DNA of 64,000 nucleotides from a bacterium (GCA_963681965.1 OY820579.1:2080001-2144000), one strand, 5' to 3'. Positions 50,907-60,890 are shown, counted from the first letter of the stretch. Notes: generated by a model not told the origin, from the sequence alone. Numbers and translations are program-made.

Positions 50907-50948
50907 CAAAAATAACCCCGGGCACAAATAAATGTGCTCGGGGTTTAT
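50907..50948 (-). terminator. Intrinsic terminator between convergent genes
   Basis: AACCCCGGGCACA/TGTGCTCGGGGTT stem with A/T flanks. Confidence 0.7.
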
Positions 50949-50967
50949 ACTTACGAAATAACCGAGC

Positions 50968-52434
50968 TTAGAACTTCACTTGCTCGATCTTGGTGTTCGG
51001 GATGCCGAGCATATTGATCTGCTGCTTCGACTTCTCGTTGTTGCCGACGATAATGCATAGCATGTTGTCGGGATGCATCAAGTCGATCGCGGCATTCTTC
51101 ACATCGCTCTTATTGATCTTGGCAATCTGCATCCGGTATTCTGGAATGGTTTTTGCCGGGAGACCCATCAGGTCGAGCCCAAGAATCTGGCTCGCGATAT
51201 CGTCCGGGGTTTCAAATCCGAGCGGATAGCTGCCGGTCAAAAACATCTTGGCTTGTTGTAATTCTGCATCGGTCGGACCATCTTTCTGGAAATCTTTGAT
51301 GATGTCCAGAACCGCTTTCACCATTTCTCCGGTCGATTCGACTTTCGTCGAGGTCGAGATACCCATCGGACCGGCAAGTTTGTCCATCCGGAAACCGCCG
51401 CCGATACCGTAGGTCATACCGCGCTTGGAGCGGATTTCTTTCATCATCCGGCAATCGAAATCGCCCGCCATCAGAATCGTTTCCATCACAGTAATCGCAT
51501 AGTAACGCGGATCGTTGCGGTTCACACCCTGATGACCCATGCGGATATTCGATTGAACTGCTTCCGGTTGTTCCAGTAACCGAACTTGGAAGCCCTTCAG
51601 ATTGACATTGGCTTCGGGAACTTGCGGAGGGGGAGTCCCTTTTTTCCAGTCGCCGAACACTTCGGAAATCTTCTTCAACATCGCGGATTTATCGAAATCG
51701 CCGACCACTGCGAGTACCGAATTGTTCGGCATCGAAATCTTCGACCACATCTCCACGACTTTCGCGCGGGTGAATTCGGAGACTGATGCGCTATCGCCTT
51801 CGGTCATGTTGCCCAGTGGATGATCGCCGTAAAGTTCCTTGCGGAACAATGCGCGACCCATTTCATCGGGCTGATCGCGTCGCGCCATGATTTGCGACAA
51901 TGTCTGGAATTTGACACGCTGAACTTCCGCTTCCGGGAACGTCGGTCGCTGTAAAACCGCGCCGAGTAATTCCAGCAACAGATCGCTGTGACGGGAAAGA
52001 CCTTCGGAAGAGGCGTAGATCCACGAAAGATTGGCACCGGCGTTGAGCGAACCACCGACGCTATCGATCAAGGTCGAAATCTGCGTTGCGGTCAGGTCTT
52101 TACCACGGAAAGTGGCACCATCGCGGGTGATGTTTGCGGCAAAGTTGGTAATACCGGCTTGTCCGGCAGGATCATTCAACGAACCGGATTTGATACAGAG
52201 CCGGAACGCGATCGTAGGTAATTTGTGCTGCTCGACCAGATAAACGGTCAAACCGTTCGGTAAGGTCTTCGAAGTGTACTGCGGTAAATTAACCGGCGTG
52301 ACTTTAAGCGAGTCGGTCGGCTTGTATGGAGGTACGACATCGGCTGCCAACGCAGCAGTGAAGATCGATCCCAACAACAGGATCGCGACGGACAGACACC
52401 AGATCGGTCGATTATTCAGGGAGGCGATACGCAT
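50968..52434 (-). CDS. M16 peptidase, non-catalytic subunit
   Basis: LPNGL.V, EIRSKRGMTY; lacks HXXEH. Confidence 0.85.
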   Translation of the reverse strand: MRIASLNNRPIWCLSVAILLLGSIFTAALAADVVPPYKPTDSLKVTPVNLPQYTSKTLPNGLTVYLVEQHKLPTIAFRLCIKSGSLNDPAGQAGITNFAANITRDGATFRGKDLTATQISTLIDSVGGSLNAGANLSWIYASSEGLSRHSDLLLELLGAVLQRPTFPEAEVQRVKFQTLSQIMARRDQPDEMGRALFRKELYGDHPLGNMTEGDSASVSEFTRAKVVEMWSKISMPNNSVLAVVGDFDKSAMLKKISEVFGDWKKGTPPPQVPEANVNLKGFQVRLLEQPEAVQSNIRMGHQGVNRNDPRYYAITVMETILMAGDFDCRMMKEIRSKRGMTYGIGGGFRMDKLAGPMGISTSTKVESTGEMVKAVLDIIKDFQKDGPTDAELQQAKMFLTGSYPLGFETPDDIASQILGLDLMGLPAKTIPEYRMQIAKINKSDVKNAAIDLMHPDNMLCIIVGNNEKSKQQINMLGIPNTKIEQVKF

Positions 52435-53834
52435 TATTTGACTCCTTTCGCTGAATCGGGTGCAGTCTCTTCTTCATCCTGAGTCGGAATTACAGTCAAT
52501 ACGGTACGCTTGTCGGGATTGAGGTATTTCTTGGCAACGCGCTGAACGTCGGCAATGGATACTTTGTTCAACGATTCGATGTCGTCTGCCAATTTCATGT
52601 AGCTGCCGTAACCGGTTTCATAGGCACCAAGCAACTTCGCACGATTTTCGGATTTGTCCAGCGATCCGATAATACCGGCTTCAAGCTGCATTCTGGCTTT
52701 GTTCAATTCATTTTCGGTAATCGGTTCATTGCGAACTTTTTCCACTTCTTCCCACATCGCCGCTTCACCTTTATCCAGCGATTTCCCTTGCTTCATTGCC
52801 AGGAAGAAAATGAACATACTGGGACCGATCCGTGTGTCGGAACTGCCGCCGGCGAATCGTGCCAGTTTATCCTTATACACCAATCGCTGATAAAGGCGAC
52901 TGGATTGACCGCCGGAAAGTACCAACGAAAGTACTTCCAACGCTGCCTGATCGGGATGGGTCTGGTCGGGAATCTGATAGGCTGCCATGAGCAACGGTAA
53001 TTCTGCTTGACGTTTGTAGGTCACGCGTCGTTCGCCACGTTGATCCAATTCCTGCATCACTGGTGGTGGCGGAGTCGGTTGTGCCGGGATTTTACCCCAG
53101 TACTTTTCAAATAATTTTATTGCTTCGGGGGCTTTGAAATCGCCGACAATCACTGCCACGACGTTGTTCGGCGAATAGTGCAGGCGGTAATATTCTTTGA
53201 CATCTTCCAGCGAGTAGCCTTGGATATCCTGTGCCCAACCGATGATCGGCCAAGCATAAGTGGAAGAGTGGTAGAAATTGATGCCGAGTTGTTCAAATGC
53301 ACCACCGAAAAGATTGTTGTCGGTGCGTTCGAGACGCTCTTCGCCGACGACTTTCTTCTCTTCTTTAAGCACTGCGGAGTCGAGTTTCAGGTTGGCGAAG
53401 CGTTCGGCTTCCAGATGAACGACCAATTCGAGTTGATCGCTGGCGATCGTTTCGAAGTAGACTGTTTCGTCTTGAGTAGTGTAGGCGTTATCGGTGCCGC
53501 CGTAACGCTTGATCAAACGCGAGTGTTCTTCGGGACCGTATTTGGTGGATCCACGGAACATCATGTGTTCGAACAGGTGCGAAACACCGGTAATGCCGGG
53601 ACGCTCGTTGCGGCTGCCGGTCTTGACCCAGAACTGAGCGGTGATAACCGGGGCGCTGTGATCTTCAAGCATCACGATTTTCAACCCATTCGATAGTTGA
53701 TGCGTGGCGACGGATTGTAACATTTCCTTCACCGGATCGCGCTTTTCCGCCGGTTTCGCGCCTATTGCCAGCAACGGCAAGAGAAGCGCAACGGCAAGCG
53801 TTACCGCGATTACAACTCTAACTATTGGTTTCAT
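52434..53834 (-). CDS. M16 zinc peptidase, catalytic subunit
   Basis: GSRNE..G.TG.SHLFEHMMF, NAYT, YSPNN. Confidence 0.92.
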   Translation of the reverse strand: MKPIVRVVIAVTLAVALLLPLLAIGAKPAEKRDPVKEMLQSVATHQLSNGLKIVMLEDHSAPVITAQFWVKTGSRNERPGITGVSHLFEHMMFRGSTKYGPEEHSRLIKRYGGTDNAYTTQDETVYFETIASDQLELVVHLEAERFANLKLDSAVLKEEKKVVGEERLERTDNNLFGGAFEQLGINFYHSSTYAWPIIGWAQDIQGYSLEDVKEYYRLHYSPNNVVAVIVGDFKAPEAIKLFEKYWGKIPAQPTPPPPVMQELDQRGERRVTYKRQAELPLLMAAYQIPDQTHPDQAALEVLSLVLSGGQSSRLYQRLVYKDKLARFAGGSSDTRIGPSMFIFFLAMKQGKSLDKGEAAMWEEVEKVRNEPITENELNKARMQLEAGIIGSLDKSENRAKLLGAYETGYGSYMKLADDIESLNKVSIADVQRVAKKYLNPDKRTVLTVIPTQDEEETAPDSAKGVK

Positions 53835-53991
53835 TCTGTCTCCGTGAGATTTGCGAGTAAGAAGCGAATAAGGTAATACGAAACAAACTCGGGGGTATTG
53901 TACCACCAACAAACGATTAGTTGCAAACTAGTATCAATTGGTTGCATTCGAAATAGTTGCTTCTCGGAGCGGTGTCTAATTTTGCGATGAC

Positions 53992-54020
53992 TTGACAGCG
54001 GGTGTATTTTCCTATAAATT
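53992..54020 (+). promoter_or_regulatory. Promoter for tRNA-Arg
   Basis: TTGACA-N17-TAAATT. Confidence 0.65.
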
Positions 54021-54039
54021 GCCTGACTGCGAATAGCAC

Positions 54040-54114
54040 GCGCCTTTAGCTCAATTGGATCAGAGCATCTGACTACGGATCAGAAGGTTGGGGGTTCGAA
54101 TCCCTCAAGGCGCG
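54040..54114 (+). tRNA. tRNA-Arg(ACG)
   Basis: Acceptor GCGCCTT/AAGGCGC, D arm GCTC/GAGC, anticodon arm TCTGA-CTACGGA-TCAGA, T loop TTCGAAT; CCA not encoded. Confidence 0.95.
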
Positions 54115-54128
54115 CGACTTCCAGCGAG

Positions 54129-54160
54129 GTGCTAACTAAAGTGCTAACGCTGGAGCTAAC
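54129..54160 (+). repeat. Three direct 8-mers at 12-bp period (putative integrase arm sites)
   Basis: GTGCTAAC 54129, GTGCTAAC 54141, GAGCTAAC 54153. Confidence 0.65.
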
Positions 54161-54189
54161 GGTTATTGGATCACTCAAAGGAGTTTCCA

Positions 54190-55245
54190 ATGGCTGTTTC
54201 CCTCTTCCTCCGCAAATCCGGCATCTGGTATTTGAAGATCTCCAACCTCGGCAAAATCACTTGGAAAAGCACTGGCACGAAAGACCGCAAAGCCGCGCGA
54301 GCGTGTTTGCTGCAATATTCTCAGCAACAGGTCACCACAAAATCTTCTGTGTCAAAAAACAGCGACCGATCAGCACTGACATTGTCAGAATTTACCGCTG
54401 AATGTATGCGGTGGTCGCTGACGAATCACCGTAAATCGACAACCGTGATGTTTCGTGCAACTTTGGCTAATTTTCGTCGAATAGTTGGCGATCTTCCAAT
54501 TACTGATATCACCCTACGAAATGTTGACCAATTTAAAGCGAAACGATTAACTGAGGTTAACTCAACTTCGGTTAACATCGAGCTTCGCACGTTACGCTCA
54601 GCTCTACATCAAGCAAAGAAATGGGGTCTAATTTCGGAAGTACCGATTACCGGGAAAAATTTACTCAAAGTACCATCCGATACGATTGCACTGTCAGAGA
54701 GTGAAGTAAAACAGCTTCTGGATTCGATACAAGAGCCGTGGTTGCGTTCAATAGTACTGGTGGCAGTTTATACTGGTTTACGGAGAAACGAGCTTTGTCG
54801 ACTAACGTGGAGCGATTTTGACGAGTCCAGAGGATTATTGACGGTACATGAGTCGAAAGCGGGAAAGGCAAGGTGCATTCCATTATCCGAGGGGGTAACC
54901 CAAATCCTGGTTAGTATACCCAAAACGAGTGACAGGATCTTCACTTTGGATGGGAAACAACCGGTGCAAGGTTCGTGGGTATCACATTTGTTCAAGCGGT
55001 ATTGCCGGAAGCTAGGATTTTCAGAGAAGATTCATTTCCATACATTGCGACATACGTGTGCGTCGATCATGGTACGGAATGGAGTAAGTCTCTTCCATGC
55101 TAGTAAGGTGCTTGGTCATTCGTCGGTAGTTGTCACTGAGAAATTCTATGCGCACATGGGAGTCGAGGATTTGCGAAGTGCGGTGAATGTGGTGGGGCAG
55201 TTGCTCCAATCGAATCATAGGAATGGGAATCGATTGGTGGCGTGA
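54190..55245 (+). CDS. Tyrosine integrase with N-terminal arm-binding-like region
   Basis: TGLRR, SKAGK, HTLRH, LGH, KFY catalytic set; N-terminal WYL...WKSTGTKD; AAGGAG RBS. Confidence 0.93.
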   Translation: MAVSLFLRKSGIWYLKISNLGKITWKSTGTKDRKAARACLLQYSQQQVTTKSSVSKNSDRSALTLSEFTAECMRWSLTNHRKSTTVMFRATLANFRRIVGDLPITDITLRNVDQFKAKRLTEVNSTSVNIELRTLRSALHQAKKWGLISEVPITGKNLLKVPSDTIALSESEVKQLLDSIQEPWLRSIVLVAVYTGLRRNELCRLTWSDFDESRGLLTVHESKAGKARCIPLSEGVTQILVSIPKTSDRIFTLDGKQPVQGSWVSHLFKRYCRKLGFSEKIHFHTLRHTCASIMVRNGVSLFHASKVLGHSSVVVTEKFYAHMGVEDLRSAVNVVGQLLQSNHRNGNRLVA

Positions 55246-55331
55246 GGATAATCTGCGTCGAGACAATGTGGAACGAGTGATACAACCCGGAATTTGTATT
55301 GGGTGCTTTATCGAACCCTGACCCTAAATAT

Positions 55332-55697
55332 TCACGAATAACGGGGCTTCCGGGGCAAGGGCGAGAAGGTAATTACTCTTCCGCCAACAATATAAAATAA
55401 CACTTTTTTCACATTGTCTTCAACCGTTCGCGCAGCAATATTCGGTAACAACCAAGTCGGTAATGTCTCTTTCAACCGGTAGATTTGCCAGTAGTCGACT
55501 AGAATGATCTGCTTCAATTCGAAGATCAACCAGTCGGGACAATCGCACTTACCACGCTCAATTGCACTGATGAATTGCTGCGTGACTTGCAGTCGCGAAG
55601 CGAGATCGGTTTGCGTGAAGTTGCATCGCTTCCGTGACTCGCGAATGATATTACCGATCTCGACTCGAATGTCGATCGCATTTTCTTCTTGTTCCAT
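55332..55697 (-). CDS. XRE-family HTH regulator
   Basis: IGNIIRESR...FTQTDLASRLQVTQQFISAIERG; AGGAGG RBS. Confidence 0.85.
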   Translation of the reverse strand: MEQEENAIDIRVEIGNIIRESRKRCNFTQTDLASRLQVTQQFISAIERGKCDCPDWLIFELKQIILVDYWQIYRLKETLPTWLLPNIAARTVEDNVKKVLFYIVGGRVITFSPLPRKPRYS

Positions 55698-55842
55698 CTT
55701 TCCTCCTGTTTCCGAATCTCATTTTCGAATGTTCGGCAAAGATATTAACCGTAATTGTTTATTTATCATTAAGATCAAAAAATATTGCCGAACATGCCGG
55801 AGGTTTCGGACTTCATTGTCACCTTTACCCTATAAAAAAATC

Positions 55843-57060
55843 GAAACCTCTGAAAAAATCACTTTTGTATCACTCTCTTTTGCCTCATCAGTCTGATTTC
55901 GACGATTTTCGAAATGAATTGCAAATTTTAGTGTAATTGGGGTCGATTTTGGTTGGATTTTTTGATGATTTTCGGTGATTTCTGCTGCTTGGGCAGAGTT
56001 CACTCTCCGATTTATCGTTTTTCAGGTTACCAGCACCAGTTTGCAGGCCCGTTTCAAGTTCACTGCCATGGCGGTAAAGTAGACTTGTGTCAGATTCCGT
56101 TCGATACCGTAATAGCGCAAACGCGCGAGGTGTCCCCACCGCTTCAAGTCGTTCATCTTGGCTTCGATCCGGCTTCGGATCCGTGAGTTGGATCGATTGC
56201 GGCATCGCTCATGTTCCGTCAAGCGACGATTGCGTCTTGCCTTGTGAAGAATGCCGTCGTACCAGTGGCGGGCGTGAATCAAGTTGCGGTGTGCCGTCGA
56301 ATCGTACGCCTTGTCGGCAAACACGCCACCGGTGTCGTCGGGAAGCAATGCCTCGAACACCTGCGAGTCGTGAACAATATTCGATGTCAAGTCGACTGCT
56401 TCGATCAGCTCGCTTTCATGATCCATCGAAACATGCACTTTCATCCCGTCGACCGGTTTATCTTTGCGGACCGTGATGGTTACATCGGGGTCGACCGGAG
56501 TACCGTCGGCACGGGTGGAGCCCGCAGTCGTGGCACCCTTGACCAATGTCGCGTCGACCAGTGTACAACTGCGAACGAATAGACCGAACGAAGCCAACTG
56601 ACGGTTCAATTCATTGAACAATTCCTTCTCGTAACGAAAGTCGCGCAACCGTTGACGGAACCGAACCAGGGTCGAATCGTCCAACAGATAATCGCGAACG
56701 GTAAAACCGATAAACCGTTCGAAGCTGCGTCGGTCGTGGATCTCCTGCACCACTTGTACATCCGACAGACCGTACCATTGTTCCAACAGCAACGCTTTGA
56801 ACAACATCAACGGCGGGATCGGGGGGCGACCGCGGGTGCCGCGGTACATCCGCATTAGCAGCGACTCGATCGGACGAAAATCGATCAACCGATCGATCTC
56901 ATCAAGCATGCTCTTCTTGTGACGGCGACACTGATCGTCTAGTTCACCGAAGGTAATCCATTCGCGGGTAGAGGGAACGAGGGACATTGTAAACTCCGTT
57001 ATAGGCTCTAACGGCAATACGAGATAATCATCAAAAACGTGGGATTAAATCAGAGGTTTC
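55843..57060 (-). mobile_element. IS5-family insertion sequence, 1218 bp
   Basis: IRs GAAACCTCTGAAAAAATC / GAAACCTCTGATTTAATC (revcomp); AAATC duplicated at 55838-55842 and 57061-57065. Confidence 0.9.
56022..56987 (-). CDS. IS5 family transposase
   Basis: GRPP.PP..LFK..LL.QWY.LSD, VDATLV, FADKAY, IRSRIE. Confidence 0.92.
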   Translation of the reverse strand: MSLVPSTREWITFGELDDQCRRHKKSMLDEIDRLIDFRPIESLLMRMYRGTRGRPPIPPLMLFKALLLEQWYGLSDVQVVQEIHDRRSFERFIGFTVRDYLLDDSTLVRFRQRLRDFRYEKELFNELNRQLASFGLFVRSCTLVDATLVKGATTAGSTRADGTPVDPDVTITVRKDKPVDGMKVHVSMDHESELIEAVDLTSNIVHDSQVFEALLPDDTGGVFADKAYDSTAHRNLIHARHWYDGILHKARRNRRLTEHERCRNRSNSRIRSRIEAKMNDLKRWGHLARLRYYGIERNLTQVYFTAMAVNLKRACKLVLVT

Positions 57061-57284
57061 AAATCCTAATGTGATGACTCGTCTCAAAGGAGTGACGTAT
57101 TATCACATATTATTTTCATCCTCCTAAGATTGGAGTGAGGTTCGGCATGTCCGGCAGAAATCCGTCAAGCCTTTTAAATAGCCGTTTCCAGCTGCCGAAC
57201 ATCGATCTTGCGAGGCTCGGCAATCGATCGAATGTCCGGCAAAATCGACATAGGAATTCATTCTTTACTGTCCTTTCCTAAACC

Positions 57285-59939
57285 TCAATAAGTCTTTCGA
57301 TCTTCGATATCGGTCTTTTCAAGCAAACGATATAACCGGCATTTTCCGCGTGAAATGCTGTTATCGTGGACAATCTCGATTTGAAGATTTCCGAAAATGC
57401 GCCCCTTGATTCGATTAAGCGCTTTTCCGAGTCTCGTCTGCTTTGAGTGGTCGGAATCTTCACCCAAGATTGGAGATAGCAGCATTTTTCGATTGCAGAG
57501 ATCGAGTAATTGTTTGGTTTGTACCGGATCGCTTCTGTACTCATTCCACCAGCTTTCGGTAAATTCCAAGTACATCCCGGTATCCATACTCAGTTCTTGA
57601 AACACTTCATCGCTGTTACTCATAAAACCGGATATCGATACCGCATCGAAAAGACCTCCCATTTTTTTAACCCATTGTTCGAATGAACCCAGCGTTTGCT
57701 TCCCTTCGGGTTTTCCTAAAACAAACCATGCCCGAATTAATGTCAATGCTGCGATTACTAGTTTTCTTCGGTTGTGAAGTGTCCATTGTTCAATTTCGGG
57801 ATGAACAAAGCCCGTTCGCGACCAGGGTCGATCCGTATCAGGCGCTAATCGGCAGCGAATGCTTCTTCGTGCCAATTCTTCGGAGATGGAGATGTTATTG
57901 GCGGTGATTAGAATTATCATCCGATTGGGAACTGAGATGATTTCAGATTTACCGAGTAATCGTCCCGAATAACTCTGACTAGTAAGAATTAAAGCCAATA
58001 CGTCCGAGTTGAGTTTACGATGTTCAGGGAAGTTGTCGAATACTAAGATCGGGGTTCCGTGAATGAGTTCGGCGAGAATCATTTTCTTCAATTCATCGTT
58101 ATTTTCCGGAAAAGCTCTTGGACTACACACTTCACCGGTTGCAATAATCGACACGACATTGCACAATTTACTCTTTCCACTTCCTGCAACTGATGCTTCG
58201 ATGATATGTAATGGTGTATATCCATCAATTAGGTGTCGAACGAAGGGTAAGAGAATACATGCGATGATTGTCGCCTGATCCGTACTTTTTCGCTCAAATG
58301 GAAAATTGACCAATAAATCTTCAGTAAAGTACTTTTTTGCATCATCTATCTCTTCTAGTGTGGGGATTTCTGGAATCATGATATTGCACAAATCTTCCGG
58401 CAAATCGACGTAGATACCAGTTTCACTATCGTAACCTGATAATGATAACAACCTACCTTCGGTTGTAAATATCGGCAATCGCACAATTGATTCAAGTTTT
58501 GGAATTCGTGAATCAATACGTGTCAATATATCCTTCATGAGAGGATCGGTAGGTTGTGTCGCTATCAACTTTCCAGATCTGGTACTAAACCAGTTAGCAC
58601 ACCGGATAAGATGACCAAATAAGTCTGACATTTGAATTAAGTGGGTTTGTAACTGATTATTTACGGGATTATAGTTCAATTCGATAAGCTGTTGTCCATA
58701 TCGAAAAATATGTGGTGGATTGTTTTTCTCAATTAATGCGTTCCACGCATCACAGATTACATCGGGGAGCTGACGATTATATACATTGATCGTTGGAAGT
58801 AGACTGTCAAGATCGACATTCGGCATCGCTTCCATTGCTGGTAGTGACACTCCAGTTTTGTCCGCTACCCATCGACAAGCATCCTTGAAATCTTTTGCGA
58901 TTCCGCGATTGATCAGGAAATCGAAAACCGAGTAGGAACGACCACTCCGAAACGAATGAAAGGAGCCTTTTTGTGCCGATCCTTCGCCGGAAGCAACGCT
59001 GGCGGAAGGGTGACGATCGCCGGACGGCGAATCGGGATCGCGGCATTCCAACCAGCCACCCAATCTCGTTCGACCTGTCAGGTAGTCGCCATATACCGCA
59101 TTCAGGTTAAGTTTACCTAAAGCATGTTGACGCCATTCCGAATAATCGTTCGGAGCTTGAGTAGATACTTCAGATGAATCACAATCGCTCTTCGAAGGTT
59201 GTGACGTCGATGAATTTCGAGTAAGACATATGATTGCTTGTAGTACACGTTCGTGTGAAATCGTTTCAAAGATCTCCGGATCATACTGATAAAACTCGTA
59301 GTCATCATCCAACCGGTAGAATTGGTTGCAACCGGGATTTGCGCCGTGCCACATGGGCAGCCAGACGGCATTTCCGCAACCATTATTGCTGATCCGTTCG
59401 GTTTTGGGAAAGACCTCGATCCCGCGATTATCGCCGGGACTTGCATACCCGCCGTTTTCGAGCTGCTGATTGGGTGGACATAATAGAAAACCAAGTCGAC
59501 GCGCATCCTTCGCAGGAATTGATCCTTCGAAAAAGAGCCAGAGATGATAGCCATTGCCTCGCCCCGACCGTTCGATGAAACTTGGCAAGGATGCACTGTG
59601 AGCGATTTCATAAGCAGCTTTCACGGCACTTTCAGGATCACGTAAAGAATCTTTATGTTCAGGACCACCGTCGAAATCGATACAGAGCCATCGGGTCATT
59701 CCTTGTACGTCGGGTGTATAGGTTGCGATTCGAAAACAACTGGTTTTCAGTTGTGAACCACGATTATTGACGATTTCTACTGGACATTGAAAAAGTCTAT
59801 TCCCGGTAAGGTGACCTAATATCAGTTGATCCAAGGTACCATTCACTTGAATTGGATGGGGCTTACTTCCTAACATGACTGCAATTTTATCGGTTCGATT
59901 GAAGAACGCATTTCGGATCATTTCTACATTATTCATCAT
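57285..59939 (-). CDS. AEP primase fused to P-loop helicase-like domain
   Basis: WLCIDFDG, ERSGRGNGYHLWLFF, IEVFPK..GNAVWLP (AEP); AGSGKS, LVFDN, LITANN, ELARR (AAA+/SF3-like). Confidence 0.82.
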   Translation of the reverse strand: MMNNVEMIRNAFFNRTDKIAVMLGSKPHPIQVNGTLDQLILGHLTGNRLFQCPVEIVNNRGSQLKTSCFRIATYTPDVQGMTRWLCIDFDGGPEHKDSLRDPESAVKAAYEIAHSASLPSFIERSGRGNGYHLWLFFEGSIPAKDARRLGFLLCPPNQQLENGGYASPGDNRGIEVFPKTERISNNGCGNAVWLPMWHGANPGCNQFYRLDDDYEFYQYDPEIFETISHERVLQAIICLTRNSSTSQPSKSDCDSSEVSTQAPNDYSEWRQHALGKLNLNAVYGDYLTGRTRLGGWLECRDPDSPSGDRHPSASVASGEGSAQKGSFHSFRSGRSYSVFDFLINRGIAKDFKDACRWVADKTGVSLPAMEAMPNVDLDSLLPTINVYNRQLPDVICDAWNALIEKNNPPHIFRYGQQLIELNYNPVNNQLQTHLIQMSDLFGHLIRCANWFSTRSGKLIATQPTDPLMKDILTRIDSRIPKLESIVRLPIFTTEGRLLSLSGYDSETGIYVDLPEDLCNIMIPEIPTLEEIDDAKKYFTEDLLVNFPFERKSTDQATIIACILLPFVRHLIDGYTPLHIIEASVAGSGKSKLCNVVSIIATGEVCSPRAFPENNDELKKMILAELIHGTPILVFDNFPEHRKLNSDVLALILTSQSYSGRLLGKSEIISVPNRMIILITANNISISEELARRSIRCRLAPDTDRPWSRTGFVHPEIEQWTLHNRRKLVIAALTLIRAWFVLGKPEGKQTLGSFEQWVKKMGGLFDAVSISGFMSNSDEVFQELSMDTGMYLEFTESWWNEYRSDPVQTKQLLDLCNRKMLLSPILGEDSDHSKQTRLGKALNRIKGRIFGNLQIEIVHDNSISRGKCRLYRLLEKTDIEDRKTY

Positions 59940-60883
59940 TCACCTCGCAAACTCATCCGGTTCAGCTGACCATTATTCATCATATTGGATCGGTTCAGTA
60001 TCGGGAGACTTCCCAACTGTCGGTCGATAGTAGCAACAGCACCACGTAGATCTTCCACAGAGATGTGAGCATAAAACTTCTCAGTAACCACTACCGAGGA
60101 GTGTCCCAATACTTTCGAGGCGTGGTACAAACTGACCCCATTGGCAACCATAATACTCGCGCAAGTGTGTCGGAGAGTATGGAAGTGAATCTTTTCGGAA
60201 AAGCCGAGTTTTCGACAGTAACGTTTGAACAGGTGAGTCACCCACGAGCTGCCGATCATGTGTTCGCCATTGATTGAGAAGATGTATTGTGATGTTTGGG
60301 GTAATTGCTTCAGTGCTACACGTACTGACTCGGAAACGGGGATACAGCGCGACTTTCCTGCTTTAGACTCATGGACGGTGAGTAGTCCACGGATAGAGTC
60401 GTAATCGTTCCAAATCAAGCGACAGATCTCGCTCCGCCGCAGACCGGTGTGAACTGCAAGCAGTACCATCGCTTTGAACCACGGTTCCAGTATCGCATCG
60501 AGTAACCGATTGACTTCGGTTTCCGATAATGCAATTGTGTCGCAGGGAACTTTGATCAGGTGCTTGCCAGTGATTGGAACTCTATCGATCAACTCCCAGC
60601 GCTTCGCTTGATTGAGTGCGCTACGGATTGCTCTTAGTTCGACGTTCACCGATACCGGCTTAACGCTAATCAATCGTGCCGCTTTGAATTGCTCGATCAA
60701 CCGCTCGTTGATTTTGGCGATGGGTATATCACCAAAGATATCGAGCAGATTCCGAAAGGTATTCCCGTAGATTGTCGTCGTGCCCGGTCGATGATTCGAA
60801 CGTGACCAGGAAAGGCATTCATCACGGAATACCGTTAGCGATGGTGATTTACACCGAGGTTGTTTACTAGAAACCTTATTCAT
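59936..60883 (-). CDS. Second tyrosine recombinase, paralog of 54190 integrase lacking its N-terminal region
   Basis: Same catalytic residues; HLFKRYCRKLGFSEKIHFHTLRHTCASIMV identical; ATGA overlap with primase; start uncertain (60883 or 60904). Confidence 0.9.
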   Translation of the reverse strand: MNKVSSKQPRCKSPSLTVFRDECLSWSRSNHRPGTTTIYGNTFRNLLDIFGDIPIAKINERLIEQFKAARLISVKPVSVNVELRAIRSALNQAKRWELIDRVPITGKHLIKVPCDTIALSETEVNRLLDAILEPWFKAMVLLAVHTGLRRSEICRLIWNDYDSIRGLLTVHESKAGKSRCIPVSESVRVALKQLPQTSQYIFSINGEHMIGSSWVTHLFKRYCRKLGFSEKIHFHTLRHTCASIMVANGVSLYHASKVLGHSSVVVTEKFYAHISVEDLRGAVATIDRQLGSLPILNRSNMMNNGQLNRMSLRGE

Positions 60884-60890
60884 TTGTTGC

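Larger units (their letters stand above)
55725..57244. repeat. Iteron-like TGCCG(A/G)ACA array split by IS5
   Basis: Copies at about 55730, 55786, 55795, 57140, 57148, 57193, 57214 and 57233, in both orientations. Confidence 0.65.

Noticed and set aside
55245-59936. Invertible segment or shufflon between the two recombinases
   Set aside because: No flanking inverted recombination sites recognised other than the diverged genes themselves
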